From the sequence record SRR31156797_4646: 42,944 bases of DNA; one strand, 5' to 3'. The notes below the pieces were generated by a model, which worked only from the letters and a program-made list of their open reading frames with translations, was not told the DNA's origin and did no database searches. The translations under genes were made by a program, and so were the position numbers. How positions within the stretch are numbered: position 1 is the stretch's first letter; every line of letters starts with the position of its first letter. Shown piece after piece: positions 39,205-42,944 of this stretch.

Positions 39205-39795
39205 TTATTTTAATTCAATTCCCATTCCAATCACCATACATTTAAATGATGTACGTAATCTATCAATTGTCTCTTCTTCAGCAAAAGAACTTGTCACATA
39301 TACAGTCGTTAGATCCTGTAATGCTTCAATACAGTACACTACATTAATATCCTTTCTAATGTATCCTTCTTGTTGCCATTCTAAAAACCGTTGATTTACA
39401 ATATTCATCTCTTCTTCAAACTTTTTCTCAACATCCTTTTCTATTAACGGATATTCCTTATAAATCTGCTGAACTAATACCTTTTGTCCTTTAATTGCAT
39501 AACCAAAGTAATTATCCATAAATTTTTGAGTTGCCTCAATAGGATCTTCAATACTTCTGTATGGTTCCAACATTTTAACAATGTTCAAATTAAATATCTC
39601 ATAAGCAATTTCACGCACAAGATCTTCCTTGGTTCCTATGATTTTATATAATGTTGCCTTAGCTAAACCACATTCACGAGCTAATTCTACCATATTCAAT
39701 CCACGCAAACCAAATCGTATAATCATATCTCTTGCAACCTTAGTTACCAATTCATGAATTTCCACCTTATCAGATTTTGCCATACTTGAACTCAT
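39205..39795 (-). CDS. TetR/AcrR-family transcriptional regulator
   Basis: N-terminal HTH FGLRGLNMVELARECGLAKATLYKIIGTKEDL; C-terminal QQEGYIRKDIN. Confidence 0.92.
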   Translation of the reverse strand: MSSSMAKSDKVEIHELVTKVARDMIIRFGLRGLNMVELARECGLAKATLYKIIGTKEDLVREIAYEIFNLNIVKMLEPYRSIEDPIEATQKFMDNYFGYAIKGQKVLVQQIYKEYPLIEKDVEKKFEEEMNIVNQRFLEWQQEGYIRKDINVVYCIEALQDLTTVYVTSSFAEEETIDRLRTSFKCMVIGMGIELK

Positions 39796-39810
39796 TTAGT
39801 ATTTCTAGTA

Positions 39811-39818
39811 CAAAATTA
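39811..39818 (-). promoter_or_regulatory. -7 promoter element for tetR
   Basis: Minus strand TAATTTTG matches TAnnTTTG, 15 nt upstream of the first ATG. Confidence 0.55.
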
Positions 39819-39874
39819 GATAAAATTTTATCTTGAACAAGCCAATTATCAAATTTTAACATTTTCTTTATGAA

Positions 39875-41230
39875 TCAAAATTGAATGGTAAATTGTGTAT
39901 AAACATCTGGTTCTGATTTAAAGGTCAAAGTTCCTCCATGCAATCGCATCAATTGGCGAGACAAACTTAATCCAATACCTGTACCATTTTTCTTAGTTGT
40001 AAAGAAAGGAACAAACACCTCCGATTGGCATTCCTCATTAATACCACAACCATTATCTTCCAACTCAATAAACGGTTTGTTTTGATGATTAATTCCAATT
40101 CTTAATTCTATTTTCTTATTTTCCCGATCATTTAAAGCTTGAATCGAATTCATCATTAGATTTATCACAATTTGATCTATCATACTTGAATCTGCTGTGA
40201 CCTTAATATTGTTATTGGGATAAGATAAGGTTAGTTTAATATTCGCTTTATTTAAATCATCCTTTAGTAATTTAATTAAACTCTGAATTTTTACAGTTAA
40301 GTTCACTTCCGTAAATATTGGAGTTGGTAATAAAGTCAAATCTCTAAATCTACTTACAAATTTAACCATACCGGATATTCTTTCCTCAATTATATCCAAA
40401 CCTTCAATGGTATCCTCAATCATCTCATTATCCATGTGATTGATATCAACATTTCCATCTCTCACTTTATCCGCGTACATATCTACAAGCGTAGAAATTG
40501 ATGAATTTACAGGACTTATTGAATTCATAATTTCGTGTGTTAAGACTCGAATGAGCTTCTGCCATGAATCCAATTCTTTTTCATCCAATTCATTCTTAAT
40601 ATTCTGAAACGAAACCAATTTGATATTCTGATCAGTCATTTTTAAATCAGTAGCCTTAAGCGATAACTGAATTAATTCGTGATTCCTGTATATCGAAAAT
40701 AGTTTTTGCTCAGACGGATTTAAATTCTCGATTAACTCTGATAAACCTTCCTGTATCCTATCCAAATCACTAATATGAAACAAATGAATTTTATTAAACA
40801 ACTCTTTTGCTGCACGATTAAACAGTAATACTTTCCCATTTTTGTCAAATGATAACAATCCAATTCCAACATGCTCTACTAATACCTTAAAATATTGATT
40901 TTGATTCTCGTTCTCAATTTTTATTTTTTGAATATCTCGATTTACTAAATCAAACTGAGCATACAATTCTGGATAATCATTCTTTCGTTTCGATTTAAAC
41001 TTTACGCTTGAATCGTTATTTCGAACAGATTTAAAGAAATTCTCCAAATCATAATTCAGGCTATTCAATTTTCGAATTAACAACCATGTTTGTATTATTA
41101 ATACTACCACAAGATTAGCAAGAATTAGAATATCCCTATAACTAAACCAAACTAAGGCTAAAACAAAGCTGTTTATCACAATTCCAATAACCCGAATTAT
41201 AACTGTTATATATAATTTTCGATAGATCAT
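39875..41230 (-). CDS. Sensor histidine kinase (2 TM, PAS, HisKA, HATPase; NtrY-like)
   Basis: H-box RVLTHEIMNS; INLMMNS, DNGCGI, FVPFFTTK, GTGIGLS. Confidence 0.93.
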   Translation of the reverse strand: MIYRKLYITVIIRVIGIVINSFVLALVWFSYRDILILANLVVVLIIQTWLLIRKLNSLNYDLENFFKSVRNNDSSVKFKSKRKNDYPELYAQFDLVNRDIQKIKIENENQNQYFKVLVEHVGIGLLSFDKNGKVLLFNRAAKELFNKIHLFHISDLDRIQEGLSELIENLNPSEQKLFSIYRNHELIQLSLKATDLKMTDQNIKLVSFQNIKNELDEKELDSWQKLIRVLTHEIMNSISPVNSSISTLVDMYADKVRDGNVDINHMDNEMIEDTIEGLDIIEERISGMVKFVSRFRDLTLLPTPIFTEVNLTVKIQSLIKLLKDDLNKANIKLTLSYPNNNIKVTADSSMIDQIVINLMMNSIQALNDRENKKIELRIGINHQNKPFIELEDNGCGINEECQSEVFVPFFTTKKNGTGIGLSLSRQLMRLHGGTLTFKSEPDVYTQFTIQF

Positions 41231-41239
41231 TTATGATAT

Positions 41240-42613
41240 TTAAAGAAGGTTGTACTTTTCTATTTTTCTATACAATGTTTGTCTGCCAATATTTAATTCT
41301 CGTGCCACATGACTAATATTGCCTTTATTTCTTCTCATGGAACTCTCAATTAAAATCTTCTCAGCTTCCTCAAGACTTATTGCCTTATCACCAATTGAAT
41401 TTGTATTGCTTTTATTTTCTAATTGAAAATCGTTAAGTTCCAATACCTTTTTATCATTTAAAATTACGGCACGTTCCATACAATGGCTCAATTCACGAAT
41501 GTTTCCTGGCCAAGAATAGGCAAGTAATAAGGCTTTAACCTCTTCATTTAAAACCATTAGTTGCTTTCCATATTTTTGAACAAATTTCTTCAAATAATAA
41601 TCGGCAAGCAATAAAATATCCTTACCTCTATCTCGTAAAGGTGGCATTTCAATCACAACAGTGTTAATACGATATAATAAATCTTCCCTAAATAAACCTT
41701 CATCAACTAAGTCGAGAAGATTTGCATTTGTTGCAGAAATTAATCTAATATCGACATTATCTTCTTTGTTTGATCCGAGAGGAGTAACTTTTCGATTTTG
41801 CAGAACCGATAACAATTTGGATTGCATTGTTGAACTTAAGTTTCCAATTTCATCCAAAAATAAACTACCTCCGGTAGCAGCCTGAAATCTTCCTTTTCTA
41901 TTTTCTTTGGCATCGGTAAAAGCTCCCTTAATGTGTCCAAACAATTCACTTTCAAAAATAGATTCACTTAATGAACCCATATCTACACTCATAAATATTT
42001 TATCTTGTCTTTTCGACTTATTATGTATTTCCCTGGCAACGATCTCCTTTCCTGTTCCATTTTCGCCAAGAATCAAAACATTAGCATCGGTTTGTGCCAC
42101 TTTTTCAATCATCTCCCGCACATTTCTAATTGCATCCGATTCACCTATCATCTTCGCAACTACTTGCTTTAAATCGTTCTCTAACAACTGTCTTTGTTGC
42201 TTCGATTCTTCAAGCTCTACTCTGGTTCTATACAATTCCACTCCACTAACCAAAGTAGCAAGTAGTTTTTTGTTGTCCCAAGGTTTTAGAATAAAATCAG
42301 TAGCACCATGCTTCATCGAATTAACTGCTAAATTCACATCTCCATAAGCTGTAAATAGTATTACAACAGTATGTTCAGATCTTTTCCGAATCTCTTTAAG
42401 CCAATACAAACCTTCATTACCAGAATTTACACCGGCTGAAAAATTCATATCCAGTAGAATTACATCGAATTTATTCTGCAGCATTAAACCAGGAATCTGA
42501 TTAGGATTATTACAGGTAACTAATTCCTCGAAATGATGCTTTAAAAAGAGTTGTAGCGATTTTAAAACACTTTTATTGTCATCTATTATTAGAAGTTTGC
42601 CTTTTTTATTCAT
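41240..42613 (-). CDS. Sigma-54-dependent response regulator (REC, AAA+, Fis HTH)
   Basis: LIIDD, LLDMNF; GENGTGKE; ESELFGHIKGAFTDA; FLDEIG; FREDLLYR; WPGNIREL; ARELNIGRQTLYRK. Confidence 0.95.
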   Translation of the reverse strand: MNKKGKLLIIDDNKSVLKSLQLFLKHHFEELVTCNNPNQIPGLMLQNKFDVILLDMNFSAGVNSGNEGLYWLKEIRKRSEHTVVILFTAYGDVNLAVNSMKHGATDFILKPWDNKKLLATLVSGVELYRTRVELEESKQQRQLLENDLKQVVAKMIGESDAIRNVREMIEKVAQTDANVLILGENGTGKEIVAREIHNKSKRQDKIFMSVDMGSLSESIFESELFGHIKGAFTDAKENRKGRFQAATGGSLFLDEIGNLSSTMQSKLLSVLQNRKVTPLGSNKEDNVDIRLISATNANLLDLVDEGLFREDLLYRINTVVIEMPPLRDRGKDILLLADYYLKKFVQKYGKQLMVLNEEVKALLLAYSWPGNIRELSHCMERAVILNDKKVLELNDFQLENKSNTNSIGDKAISLEEAEKILIESSMRRNKGNISHVARELNIGRQTLYRKIEKYNLL

Positions 42614-42676
42614 GAAAATTGTATGATTCTTTATTTCGATTAAAATTAATGCAAATCATTAAGTTAAAAAACTAAA

Positions 42677-42715
42677 TGTTCCATTTTGATACAAGTATTG
42701 GATGATTTTGAAACA
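42677..42715. promoter_or_regulatory. Tandem candidate enhancer (UAS) sites for the sigma-54 activator
   Basis: TGTTCCATTTTGATACA (42677-42693) and TGGATGATTTTGAAACA (42699-42715), 22-bp period. Confidence 0.55.
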
Positions 42716-42778
42716 CTTTTTAAATTTACGCATAACACCACCCATCCTTTCTGTTTGATATAATGAGACATACAGATC

Positions 42779-42796
42779 TTGGCACAAAAATAGAAA
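42779..42796 (+). promoter_or_regulatory. Sigma-54 (-24/-12) promoter of the ABC transporter gene
   Basis: TTGGCAC-AAAAA-TAGAA: canonical -24 TGGCAC with GG-N10-GA as a variant -12; divergent from a sigma-54 activator. Confidence 0.6.
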
Positions 42797-42828
42797 TACA
42801 TCTTCCATCGAACTTAAACCTTTAAAAC

Positions 42829-42944
42829 ATGATAAAAACAGAAAATCTTAGTAAAACATTTAGAACTGAAGAAGTTGAAACTTTAGCCTTATCAAATGTT
42901 AATCTGCATATTAAAAAAGGAGAATTTGTAGCCATTATGGGACC
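42829..42944 (+). CDS. ABC transporter ATP-binding protein, LolD/MacB type (5' fragment; runs off the window; not in the ORF track)
   Basis: Translates MIKTENLSKTFRTEEVETLALSNVNLHIKKGEFVAIMG..., leading into Walker A. Confidence 0.88.
   Translation, partial: MIKTENLSKTFRTEEVETLALSNVNLHIKKGEFVAIMG

Noticed and set aside
41907..42347. 146-aa plus-strand ORF inside the sigma-54 regulator
   Set aside because: Antisense shadow of a conserved gene

Overview
An AT-rich, gene-dense chromosomal segment from a member of Bacteroidota. The anaerobic-type Rnf operon and TAnnTTTG promoters suggest class Bacteroidia, plausibly a marine Marinifilaceae-like organism (inference). From left to right: (1) a minus-strand nucleic-acid metabolism run of Tex, a HemY-like flavoprotein, a DEAD-box helicase, RlmI, a WRN-type 3'-5' exonuclease, DUF5063 and RecQ; (2) guaB followed by an envelope cluster of two parvulin/SurA PPIases, a lipoprotein, a MoxR ATPase and a long OstA/LptA-like protein; (3) DUF2795, a PduO-type adenosyltransferase, a degenerate methyltransferase-like gene, recG and an orphan beta-barrel protein; (4) rseC-rnfBCDGEA; (5) a hybrid histidine kinase converging on a TetR-linked RND efflux operon that continues into a 93-aa orphan and a membrane class III nucleotide cyclase; (6) a sigma-54 activator/kinase pair divergent from a truncated ABC ATPase gene. 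I found no tRNA, rRNA, CRISPR array, transposase, integrase or prophage gene. Most of the window is ordinary core genome. The best candidate for an undescribed system is the TetR/RND/orphan/cyclase unit, whose cyclase has non-canonical base-specificity residues. Other notable signals are strong Shine-Dalgarno motifs seen mainly at membrane-complex gene junctions, paired candidate TetR operators, Fur-box-like palindromes upstream of rnf, and a readable sigma-54 promoter with tandem enhancer sites. All product calls rest on motif recognition only; no searches were run.
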